Under the pieces are notes generated by a model. That model had not been told where the DNA came from and did no database searches. It worked only from the letters and a program-made list of their open reading frames with translations. A stretch of DNA of 64,000 nucleotides, taken from assembly GCA_964036045.1 (NCBI GenBank), contig OZ038379.1, positions 20,336,001-20,400,000 of the forward strand, given 5' to 3'. Both the position numbers and the translations under genes were made by a program. Shown here piece by piece: positions 1-8,521 of this stretch; within the stretch, counting starts at the first letter, position 1, and each line of letters starts with the position of its first letter. The DNA is from Eutreptiella sp. 'Long Island Sound 2002' (lineage: Eukaryota; Protista; Euglenida).

Positions 1-9
1 ATACAGTCT

Positions 10-1713
10 GTGTGTAGCAGACTGCGACATCAATGTTGGAGCTATGAGGCCCTGTTTCAGCTACGGGCTATGTCGGCCCCAGACCCCAGTGTTTTGGCTG
101 ATTTTCCTGCTGCCCCTGACTCTGTTGCTTCCAGTTCTGCCCTTGCACAGATGCCGATTCGCGTTCACCGCCGGAAGAGTACTCGCGGTCGACAGCCATC
201 GGATCGCGCCGGGAATCCTGCGGCGAAGTATGATGATGTTTCCACTCCTCCTGTTGCTGTTCTTTTTGACAGTTGGGCAGAAGCATACAGTCAGGACTCT
301 CAGTGGTCTTCTGTGTATAAGCAGTTGCAAAAAGGCGAGTATGTACGAAACTGCGCCTTGTATAAAGGGAAGATTAGGTGTAAGGGAAAGCTGGTGGTGC
401 CCAAGTGCTTGGTACGAGCTGTCATTGCTGCCATGCATGCGTACAGCCATCCGGGCCAGCGCAAGCTGGATGTGTTGTGTCGCCGCCGCTTTTTATTCCC
501 CTTCTCTCCAAAAAAGCTGATTGCTGAGGTCATTGCCCAATGTCCAGTGTGCCAGTCATGCAAAGCGCCGAACAGGTCCAGCGCTGATACACTGGAGCAC
601 TTTCCCATTCCTTCCACCCCTTTCTCAAGTCTTGCCATGGATTTTGTGGAGTTAGATTCTGTCAAGGTGGATGGACAGAATTTTGATTCCGCTCTGATAG
701 TTGTGTGTAGGCTCAGTGGTTATATTATAGCCATCCCCACCCGGAAGAAGGGGCTGGATGCTTCCAAATTGGCGCGCATTTTTCTGGAGCGCTGTGTTTT
801 TTTTATGGGGATTCCGCGTGAGATTTTTTCGGACAATGATCACCTGATTACCTCCGAGTTTTTCAGAACTCTCTGTGCTCAAAGCGGAATCGAGCAGCAT
901 CAGGGGGTGATCTATAGGCCACAGAGCAACGGGAGGGCGGAGGTGGCGGTGATGTCGGTAGTCAATGCCCTTAGGCGTTTTCTGGAGGAGCGCCCGGGTA
1001 ATTGGGTTGAGGCGCTGCCGATGGCACTCTGGGGTCTGAATGACCTGCCAGGGGCTGTCACCCCCTACTCCCCCCATCGGTTGGTGTTTGGGCGTGACCC
1101 CCCGGGGTTTGGGGACACACCCCCCATGGAGGATTGGCAGGGGCCTGAGGATGCCCTGCAGTTTTTCGAACGGGTTTCGCAGGAGCATACCCTGGTTCGC
1201 AAACGGCTTCATAAGCTGCATACAGCTGCACGAAAGAAATTTGAGGCACAACATCCCCAGTTGAGCTTGTCTGTGGGAGATGCGGTGTGGGTGCGTAACT
1301 TGCCGGGGGAGAGCAAGCTTGAGCGCCTATGGCAGGGGCCCTGTGAAGTGCTCCAAGTCGTCAGCGGTACGCGATTCAAGATTGACACCCCTGACGGCGT
1401 ACAGGTGCTGCCAGCGACCCGGTTGAAATATTATGTGGCACCGCAGGGCAAGCGGGAACCTTTTCATTTTTATCGCAAGAGGCACAACCCACGTGCCCAT
1501 GTGGAGGAGGAATGGGTCCTGGATAAGGTTCTGAAGGTGCAGTGGTTTGGGAAGGGCAGAAAAAGGCATCGCAAGTGGCAGGTTCTGTGGAAGGGCCATG
1601 ACAAGCCCACGTGGGAGCCTGCTTCTTCGTTTTTTCATCATGTTGCCCAGCCCTGGCGTGATTTTAATGCAGCCAAGGGACTGGATCTGCGTATTTCAGA
1701 AATTGTACAGTAA
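10..1713 (+). CDS. pol: Ty3/Gypsy pol C-terminus: integrase plus chromodomain (element truncated by window start)
   Basis: HHCC zinc motif (HAYSH...CPVCQSC), DDE core (LAMDFV, FSDND, YRPQSNGRAE), GPY/F-like WQGPCEV, chromodomain (EWVLDKVL...WQVLWKGHDKPTWEP). Confidence 0.93.
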   Translation: MCSRLRHQCWSYEALFQLRAMSAPDPSVLADFPAAPDSVASSSALAQMPIRVHRRKSTRGRQPSDRAGNPAAKYDDVSTPPVAVLFDSWAEAYSQDSQWSSVYKQLQKGEYVRNCALYKGKIRCKGKLVVPKCLVRAVIAAMHAYSHPGQRKLDVLCRRRFLFPFSPKKLIAEVIAQCPVCQSCKAPNRSSADTLEHFPIPSTPFSSLAMDFVELDSVKVDGQNFDSALIVVCRLSGYIIAIPTRKKGLDASKLARIFLERCVFFMGIPREIFSDNDHLITSEFFRTLCAQSGIEQHQGVIYRPQSNGRAEVAVMSVVNALRRFLEERPGNWVEALPMALWGLNDLPGAVTPYSPHRLVFGRDPPGFGDTPPMEDWQGPEDALQFFERVSQEHTLVRKRLHKLHTAARKKFEAQHPQLSLSVGDAVWVRNLPGESKLERLWQGPCEVLQVVSGTRFKIDTPDGVQVLPATRLKYYVAPQGKREPFHFYRKRHNPRAHVEEEWVLDKVLKVQWFGKGRKRHRKWQVLWKGHDKPTWEPASSFFHHVAQPWRDFNAAKGLDLRISEIVQ

Positions 1714-1913
1714 CAACTCTGCATGGTCTTGCTATTTTTTGGTCTGGGCTCTGGACAGGGCAAACCGGGGCTCCGGGGACACCGTCGAGGCGATAGTCGC
1801 AGGATACCGTGGAGGATCATAATCGACACGTCCATCCCCAGACATGGGACAGGGTGTCAGGTGAGGGACAGCGACAGGTCCTGGACTCCCAACCGCAGTG
1901 GCGGGGGGGGGGG

Positions 1914-2487
1914 TGCTGCGGATGCACAGTACTTGCTCTGATTTTTTTTCCTATTTTTTAATGGGACCTGCCGCTGATCTGAGATCTTGAGACCCCCCCA
2001 CCCGACCGTTGCAGAGTTGCAGTATTGTGTTTTTCCTTCCCCTCTGTCCTACCTCCTTCTGTTTTGTGTCCCGACTGTTTGACAGAGTGGGGTTTGCTAC
2101 GTTCCTCCCTGTCTGCTTGTGTACAGGTCTGCGTGCGGCTGGGGGCAATCAAGCCATCAAGGCAGTCCAATTCCCCCTGACGTCAGAATTCGGATCTCTG
2201 GGTAACAGGACAGGTTAAGACAGCGTCAGGCACAGTCCCACTGCAGGCAGGGTTCTGTCACAGGTGCTGTACATGCTCCAGGCAATGGATTCACAGCAGT
2301 TTTGTTGTGCTTTGCCCATGATTTGCTGTCAGAAAAAAAAAAATTTTTTTTTTGGTTGCATGGGTATGTTTGTGCTGTTTTTTGGGTTTCTGTTCTGATC
2401 CTGCCAGGCATGTCAGGTCTGCCATTGGTCGCTATGGGTTGTCAGTCAGACCCAGCCCCTGGTTCTGACTTGGAGGGGCGTGCAGCA
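1914..2487 (+). repeat. Candidate 3' LTR of the first Gypsy element
   Basis: G-run (1903-1913) as PPT, then TGCTGC at 1914 with matching GCAGCA ending at 2487 (TG...CA). The partner LTR is outside the window, so this is unconfirmed. Confidence 0.45.
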
Positions 2488-2735
2488 GACCAGCAGGACC
2501 TGACCCAATGGGACCCTAGGATTGGCCTACGGCACTAGATAGGGCTGACGTGGACCTGGGGATTGTAGTTCGGATGCAATTGCAAATCGTTGGATTTTAT
2601 AATGTAGGCTGATGCGCCTTTGTTTGTTCTATGGGTCTGTATTCTCCTTTTCATCACAGACCCCTCTGGTATGGATTCAATGTCCTGATTTGGCTTTGTT
2701 GCTCTGCCGGATTTGCGATCGCGCCGTTGCCGCTG

Positions 2736-4238
2736 TTATCTCTGCCTTACCCGCCTCTTCTTGGCTGCCACACGGTCGTGCATCCCCATCCGCATGTAGT
2801 TGACGACGTCGTCGATCTCGGCGTGGGACAGGACGTCAATACCATCAATTGGCTGATCCGTCCCCTCCTTGGGCTCAAACATGACCTTCATGGGCACCGC
2901 CTCCACCCTACGGATGAATGCTTCATCACCCGTGGGCTGGGCTTGCGCCCCATCCACCAGGAAAGCCTTGGTACCCCACGCTTGAACCGGGGAGGGCATT
3001 GATACACCCTTGGCGTCGATGAACAACTCCTCCTCTGGCCCGAATGACATCTCGTTCACGGTGATGGAGTCCAGCGTCGACTTGAGACCCTCCAGCGGAC
3101 ATGGGGTGGATCCTATGCCGGTTATGACCAGGATCCCCTTCGCCCTATCCGCGATGATCTTCTCCACCGTACGTCTGGTATTGTCCAGGGAGCCATGCCA
3201 ATACATGGGTCCCCACTCCTTCCAACCCCAATGCCTGTGCCAGGCTGAGTCTCCTCGATGCCAATGCCTCCTACACTTCCGCAGAAGTGGGGCATCCCGG
3301 GAAGCGAAGACATCCGTCTCGGGCGCTTCAGCTCCCAGCGTCTGAATCATCCTGGCGTACATTTGCGGCGCCATTCCATACTCCATGAGCTGAACTCCAC
3401 GGTCTCCTCTGGACTTGGCACCCACAGCTTGCACCGCTCGGACGATCCGATCCTCCTCCTCAGCATTCCATTGGGATGACCCGCACGCATAATCCGTGGA
3501 CAGCCATGTGAGGCATTCGTCGTCCTCCCGGACCAGCGTTGCGCGATGGGGAAGGGCTCCGATGGCGTTGGCCACCATGAAGTCATATCCCATGATCATA
3601 TCCCAATCGGTAATGTCGGCCACATAGAAGTTCCCGGATAGAGTGCTTCTCTTCGCCTGATCAGGGCGGTTCAAGCGCTCATGCTCCCAGAATTCCATAC
3701 TGATGGTGGCCTCATGGGTGCCGCCACCCATAATCTCTCCGTTGGCGACCTTCAGGCGGACCGGTCTCCGGCTGGGCTGCAGGAATTCCTCCTTGAACAA
3801 CCCTCTCCGGACCAGGCTCACCTGGGCACCCGTATCCACTAACACATCCACCACCTTCTCCTCTCGTCCGCACCGTACTCGCACTTTCAAGTGCAACTGC
3901 CGCTCGTCGCCATGAGGTGTATGGACGACTCTCACGGCATGCAACTCTAGCACGTCCGGGTGCATCAGGACTTCAAGGGTATGGTCACGGATGGTGTAGA
4001 TCTTGGGTTGGTCCTGCCCGTCCACGGGGCTCTCCGTGGTCGCTCCTTCCTTCTTGCCATGTCCCGTACCCACATGTACTTCCCTTGGCAGGGCGCTCCA
4101 GGGGTTGGGAGTGGCGAAACTCAGTGGTTTTGGCTCGTCTGGAGCCTTCTTCGGCACCCGATGTGCCTTCGCTTTCTCAGGGATTCCACTGATTTTCGGA
4201 GGAGAGACCTCCGAGGTCCCACTCCCGTGGGGGCTCCT
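2736..4238 (-). CDS. pol: Truncated Gypsy pol N-terminus: aspartic protease plus degenerate Dam-like methyltransferase domain; RT onward missing
   Basis: VLVDTGAQVSLV protease motif and DMIMGYDF flap. Then PETDVFAS...DSAW..W..MYWHG...TVEKIIADRAKGILVI, which follows the DIRS-type MT layout. Frame is open from the gag stop (4239-4241) to 2736. Confidence 0.85.
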   Translation of the reverse strand, partial: RSPHGSGTSEVSPPKISGIPEKAKAHRVPKKAPDEPKPLSFATPNPWSALPREVHVGTGHGKKEGATTESPVDGQDQPKIYTIRDHTLEVLMHPDVLELHAVRVVHTPHGDERQLHLKVRVRCGREEKVVDVLVDTGAQVSLVRRGLFKEEFLQPSRRPVRLKVANGEIMGGGTHEATISMEFWEHERLNRPDQAKRSTLSGNFYVADITDWDMIMGYDFMVANAIGALPHRATLVREDDECLTWLSTDYACGSSQWNAEEEDRIVRAVQAVGAKSRGDRGVQLMEYGMAPQMYARMIQTLGAEAPETDVFASRDAPLLRKCRRHWHRGDSAWHRHWGWKEWGPMYWHGSLDNTRRTVEKIIADRAKGILVITGIGSTPCPLEGLKSTLDSITVNEMSFGPEEELFIDAKGVSMPSPVQAWGTKAFLVDGAQAQPTGDEAFIRRVEAVPMKVMFEPKEGTDQPIDGIDVLSHAEIDDVVNYMRMGMHDRVAAKKRRVRQR

Positions 4239-7200
4239 CTAGACTTGGCTTCCCGCAGCCCCTTCCGGCTGCGATCCGCCAGGACTTTGTCCTCCACGTT
4301 GCTGGGCTTTGAGTTCCTCCAACGTCCTCAACATGTCCTCAGCAACTTCCTCGATCGACCTCACTCGTCGGTCTTGACCAGGTCTACCACCATAGCCTCT
4401 TCCTCCGCCTTTTCCTTGGCCTTTGCCTTGGCCTTTTCCCTCGTCTCCGCCCTTCGCTTTCCAATCGGAAATCCGCTGCTCCTTGGGCTTCTTCTCGGGG
4501 TGGGCGGCGAAGTAGGCCTTCTTGTCCGCCTCGTACACCTTGCACTGACGGTGGTCGTGTGCATGGTTGTTTCCCTTGCCATAACAGACCCAGCACCCGT
4601 CGTGCTGAGACCTGTACTCTCGGAACGAGAGCGGTGGGTTCCCGATCCTCCTTGGCTCTTTGCCCTTCTTGGGTCCCACCTGGCTCCATCTGGACCGATC
4701 CTGCCCATGGTTCTTCACGTTGTGCGCCACAAACGCGAAGAAATGGGCCTCCTCGTGATCCTCCCGGGACCAGTGGTCTTGGCCACTTCCACTACCATCC
4801 TCCGCGGAGTTGGCCGTGTCCTCGTGGATCTCTCGATGATGGCGGTCTTCTCGGTGGCCTCGTTGTCCATGACCATGTCGATCCTGCACGTGGGCCTCGT
4901 TCTTCGCATTGAGCTTCAACTCCACCGTGATGTACTTCACGATTTCGTCAAGGCTCATGCGGGCGAAGATGACTTGCATCCTCAGCGGCTCCCCGCGCCT
5001 CCACTCCACGTTGTTGAGGCGCAGCAACCTTTGCCCCATGGAGTCCCCGAATACCTCCACGTACACGGCGTTCTTCAGGCCCAACATCCGGTTGGGTTCG
5101 CCCAGGTTCCTCCTGAAGAACTCCATGATACCCGCATGGGTATCCTCCGCCGCCATAATCCTCACCGCCACGCGCTTCTTCGCCCTCTTCTTCTCCTCGT
5201 CCTCCACTCTCCTCTTCCAGTTGCCCGGGAGGACGTCCTTCAGCAAGTGGCGGATCTCACTGGCCTCGTTCCAGTCTTCCACCAACTTGAGGCATCTGCG
5301 GTACTTCCGCAGATACCGGTTCCACTCCCGGACCCGCAACTCACCGCGGTCCAGCGGCAGTGGAATGGACCACAGGTCCTCCAGCTTCTGGTTCGGAGCG
5401 TCCACCCGCTCCTCGTCCTCCAACCACTGAAGGCAGGCCTGCTCCGTCCTGATCAGTCCTTCCCGGATCTGATCCCGCAGCTCCTCCTTCAGGTCCTGCG
5501 CCAGGCGGTGTGGGAATGTCCGGCATACCCACTTGTCCCGCGGCGCTCCCCGCATCTCGCCGACGACCTCCTCGGCGAAGTCCTCCCAGTCCAGGATGAA
5601 GTCATCCAGGTTGGACGGGTTCCCGTCGTAATAGGGGATTTTGATTCCCCTGAGGTCGTCGATCCTGATGGCGTCTCCGACGTCTCCAGCCACCACTCCA
5701 CCAAGACGGATACCACCTGTGGCCGGGGGGTGTGAGTACACTCCCCGTACATCCCTCTCCTCCATGGAGTGCGGTCCAGTTGGGCCTGAACCCATGGGGT
5801 TTGGAATGCGGGAAGGAGTTGCTCCATCGGCTGTCCATATCCCCGTATTGGGGTCCTTCGCCCACAGGTTTCCGCTTGGATGGCCTCGACCATGTCCGTC
5901 GGCGCTTCCCATGGTTCGCCCCTGCATGGTCTGGTTCTGGATCTCCTCCTCCGCATAAACTGCATAGGTAGTTGTAGAGGGCGGTGGATCCTGGGTGGCA
6001 TGGGACATCTGTACCGTCAGGCTCCTCGGGTCCGTGGTTACGTGCCCTTCCCGCATGGACCCAGCCGGTGCCGTGTGTTCCCCGAGCATTGTGGATTCGC
6101 TGAACAGGGGAACAAACGGCAGCGCACCCGGGTCAACACGCGGAGGCGCGTATGGTGCCTCTGCAGGGCCGCCCATGGGTTTCTCCATGGCGCTCCTGAG
6201 GGTCTTAACCCGCTCCACCAGCTCTACCGCGGCCGGCTTTGCCGGGAGCTCCGGACCCGAGGCGAGGGGCTGTCGCTCCTCTAGCCTTCTCAGGCGTCCC
6301 GACATGTCCTCCACTAAATGGAGGAGGCTGTCCACCACTTGCTGCTGCTTCTGCAGGGCCAGCTCCAGACTCTCCCGGTACCGGGCCTGATCCGCTCGCA
6401 GCTCCTCCATGTGGTTCTCCGCGGCCGACTGGTCGTCCAGGATCCCCGCGACGTCCTCCTCTAGAGCGTCCTTGGCGTTGTCCAGGCGGTCAAGGTGATG
6501 CACGATGGCGTCCATCCCCATCTTCGGGTACTTGCCCATGAGGAAGGACACGTGCTCGCAGTGGCACGCAGCGTGCTTTCCGCCGGATTCAGCGCAACCC
6601 GCGGTTCCCGGCACCTCAGACTCCTCGCCCATGGGCGTATCGCCTATGGCGTCCGTCTCTAGTCCCGTGTGCCGGGGCACAGGTGCTGTCCGGGCCCTGG
6701 CTGGCCTCTCCAAGCCCTCGGCGTCGTGCTGCAGGGCGGGCTCGGGGGCCGTATGCGCCCTGGCGATCGGCGCGGGCGTCTCCGACTCCGAAGGTGGCTC
6801 GTAGGCTGTCCGATAGCCCTCGGAGTGCCCCTCGGATTCCCACAGCCTGACCGGGCTGGGGTCCGTGTCCATAGCCCCGGCGTCCCTTGCCGCGGACTTG
6901 GGTGACCCGCGCTTCCGGTAGCGCCGGGCCCGTCCTCCACTGCTGCCTGAATGGCAAGCCTCATCAGAGTCCTCCGCGGCGGAGCGGAGGTTGCATGCCT
7001 TTCGGCAGCGACGCTCACACATGGAGACCAGGTCCTCCATGTTACGTCCTCCTCTTCCCGAATGTCGTACTTCTCTTCGGGCTTCAACTTCCGGAGTTCG
7101 CCATGCTCTTGAACGTCTCGGTTCTTCTATGGCTCCAATCTCCGGCGTGGTCTCCACCGAGTCCACAATACGCACCCAAGGCGTACTTGGGCAGGGCTCA

Positions 7201-7346
7201 TAAGGGCCCAAGTCCCCGGGTCGGCGGTTGGTAGGGGCAGCAGGTAAGCCTCTACTACCATAAAGAAGGTCCCTACCAGGACCGGCCCCCGCTGTGCCCC
7301 TTCCGCCTGTCACCCCTGCTGACTTGCTCCTGATCAACGATTGCAT
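4239..7346 (-). CDS. gag: Gag of a second Gypsy family (true start probably downstream of the PBS, near MEDLVS at about 7040)
   Basis: Capsid-type KIPYYDGNPSNLDDFILDWEDF, coiled coil, non-canonical knuckle CWVC-X8-H-X4-C, GKG-rich tail. In frame with the protease ORF. Confidence 0.85.
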   Translation of the reverse strand: MQSLIRSKSAGVTGGRGTAGAGPGRDLLYGSRGLPAAPTNRRPGDLGPYEPCPSTPWVRIVDSVETTPEIGAIEEPRRSRAWRTPEVEARREVRHSGRGGRNMEDLVSMCERRCRKACNLRSAAEDSDEACHSGSSGGRARRYRKRGSPKSAARDAGAMDTDPSPVRLWESEGHSEGYRTAYEPPSESETPAPIARAHTAPEPALQHDAEGLERPARARTAPVPRHTGLETDAIGDTPMGEESEVPGTAGCAESGGKHAACHCEHVSFLMGKYPKMGMDAIVHHLDRLDNAKDALEEDVAGILDDQSAAENHMEELRADQARYRESLELALQKQQQVVDSLLHLVEDMSGRLRRLEERQPLASGPELPAKPAAVELVERVKTLRSAMEKPMGGPAEAPYAPPRVDPGALPFVPLFSESTMLGEHTAPAGSMREGHVTTDPRSLTVQMSHATQDPPPSTTTYAVYAEEEIQNQTMQGRTMGSADGHGRGHPSGNLWAKDPNTGIWTADGATPSRIPNPMGSGPTGPHSMEERDVRGVYSHPPATGGIRLGGVVAGDVGDAIRIDDLRGIKIPYYDGNPSNLDDFILDWEDFAEEVVGEMRGAPRDKWVCRTFPHRLAQDLKEELRDQIREGLIRTEQACLQWLEDEERVDAPNQKLEDLWSIPLPLDRGELRVREWNRYLRKYRRCLKLVEDWNEASEIRHLLKDVLPGNWKRRVEDEEKKRAKKRVAVRIMAAEDTHAGIMEFFRRNLGEPNRMLGLKNAVYVEVFGDSMGQRLLRLNNVEWRRGEPLRMQVIFARMSLDEIVKYITVELKLNAKNEAHVQDRHGHGQRGHREDRHHREIHEDTANSAEDGSGSGQDHWSREDHEEAHFFAFVAHNVKNHGQDRSRWSQVGPKKGKEPRRIGNPPLSFREYRSQHDGCWVCYGKGNNHAHDHRQCKVYEADKKAYFAAHPEKKPKEQRISDWKAKGGDEGKGQGKGQGKGGGRGYGGRPGQDRRVRSIEEVAEDMLRTLEELKAQQRGGQSPGGSQPEGAAGSQV
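7248..7260 (-). promoter_or_regulatory. Primer-binding site, initiator-tRNA-Met-like (TGGTAGTAGAGGC)
   Basis: Reverse complement of gcctctactacca; resembles the TGGTAGCAGAG iMet PBS and the PBS at 8423. Only about 85 bp of possible LTR lies upstream (7261-7345). Confidence 0.65.
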
Positions 7347-7606
7347 TTCTCAAAATCCTCAAAGTCCAGGGTCCAAAATCCAAAAATATAGAAAATAAAA
7401 TCCTCCTTCAACCCTGAATGGCAACCAGATCCCACAAATACAGCAATAACCCAATTCACAATCCAAATCAGGCTGCGGGCTTTCGTTCAGCACATCGATG
7501 GTCTCACGATGGCGGGCATGTACAAGAATTGCACCAAGGAAGAAAGCCCTGAAATTGGCATATGAACACAAATGAAGCAAGGTTGGGGAAAGAGGTAAAC
7601 ATATAC
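7347..7606 (-). pseudogene. Distal piece of an old decayed Gypsy pol that was the target of the 7607-19021 insertion
   Basis: Joins 19027 onward through the TATAC duplication; EGGFYFL resembles the EGFYLV chromodomain start of the young element. Weak by itself. Confidence 0.35.
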
Positions 7607-8423
7607 AGTAAGAAAAAGTGCTTTTCCATTGCTTTGGGACATACTCTAGTTGTATTAGAGATGCACTGAGCATCCATGCATTTTTATCTTAGTATTGGTC
7701 CAGCCGAAAGTGGTGAGAACACATTTTGACCTATGGAACCAAACACCCAATCAGGATATGGAGTGGACCCCTTAATCCCCTTTCAATCAGAAGTAAAACA
7801 TCTTTTCCTGAGTTGACTGAGCACTGACATACCTAAGGTAGAGCCTATGAATTTATCTATGTTTTTCCATGAATACTTATCTGCCCTAGTGGTATGCACC
7901 ATAGGGGGTTAGGCACCTCTTTTTGAGAGGTCCTGGGTTCAATTCCTGGTCAGCCTAACTAAGTAGGAAGATCCCATCTAAGTAGGAAGATCCCATGTGA
8001 CATGGCAGTGACCTCATCGCCACATACCATGCCACCTCAGCACATATGGGACCCAAAACAAAGAGTGCACATCTCCTAAGATGGCACTATGGAGAGAGAG
8101 TGATCCTGAGGCAGTTTTCTAACTCTTTTCCCAAAACATTTCAGCTATCTCTGTGAATATGCATTCATTTGTTTCCTGAGTTGCAGTTTCTGTGAATATC
8201 TAATCATCTTTCACTGTTTACACTGCAGCCCTTCATGCTTTGATCCTGAATTACCTTCTCTTTGCATACTGTTGGCTTGGGCTATCCTGGATTGAGTTGG
8301 CTTTACTGTATTTCAACCAACAAAAGCTTTTCATCATCCAAAACCAGCAGCAGGACACCCTACAGCAACAACAAGCAGCAGGAGAAGCAAAAACACAGTG
8401 CTGAAAACACTATAAACTTTTCT
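7607..8423 (+). repeat. 5' LTR (817 bp, AG...CT termini)
   Basis: Direct repeat of 18225-19021; directly followed by, and overlapping by one base, the PBS. Confidence 0.95.
7884..7955 (+). other. Decayed tRNA-derived segment (A-box and B-box like) inside the LTR; second copy at about 18502-18573
   Basis: CTAGTGGT (7886-7893) and GGTTCAATTCC (7936-7946), with T-arm-like CTGGG-TTCAATT-CCTGG. Confidence 0.55.
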
Positions 8424-8435
8424 GGTAGCAAGAGG
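8423..8435 (+). promoter_or_regulatory. Primer-binding site TGGTAGCAAGAGG (tRNA-iMet-like)
   Basis: TGG start at the 5' LTR end; similar to the iMet 3' end complement with one extra A. Confidence 0.8.
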
Positions 8436-8521
8436 CAGCCTGTCTCTGTGCACCGGCAGCGACCCCGCGCCGTACAACCAGTGCTCCGAGCAGGCAAACA
8501 TAAGCAGAAGTCCGGATTAAG

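Noticed and set aside
3960-5735. 591-aa plus-strand ORF and other long ORFs overlapping gag/pol
   Set aside because: Antisense shadows of GC-rich coding sequence with no recognisable motifs.
2574-7346. Imperfect inverted match tgcaaatcgttggat / atcaacgattgca bracketing the minus-strand Gypsy
   Set aside because: Short, gapped, no TSD, and LTR elements are not bounded this way; likely coincidence.
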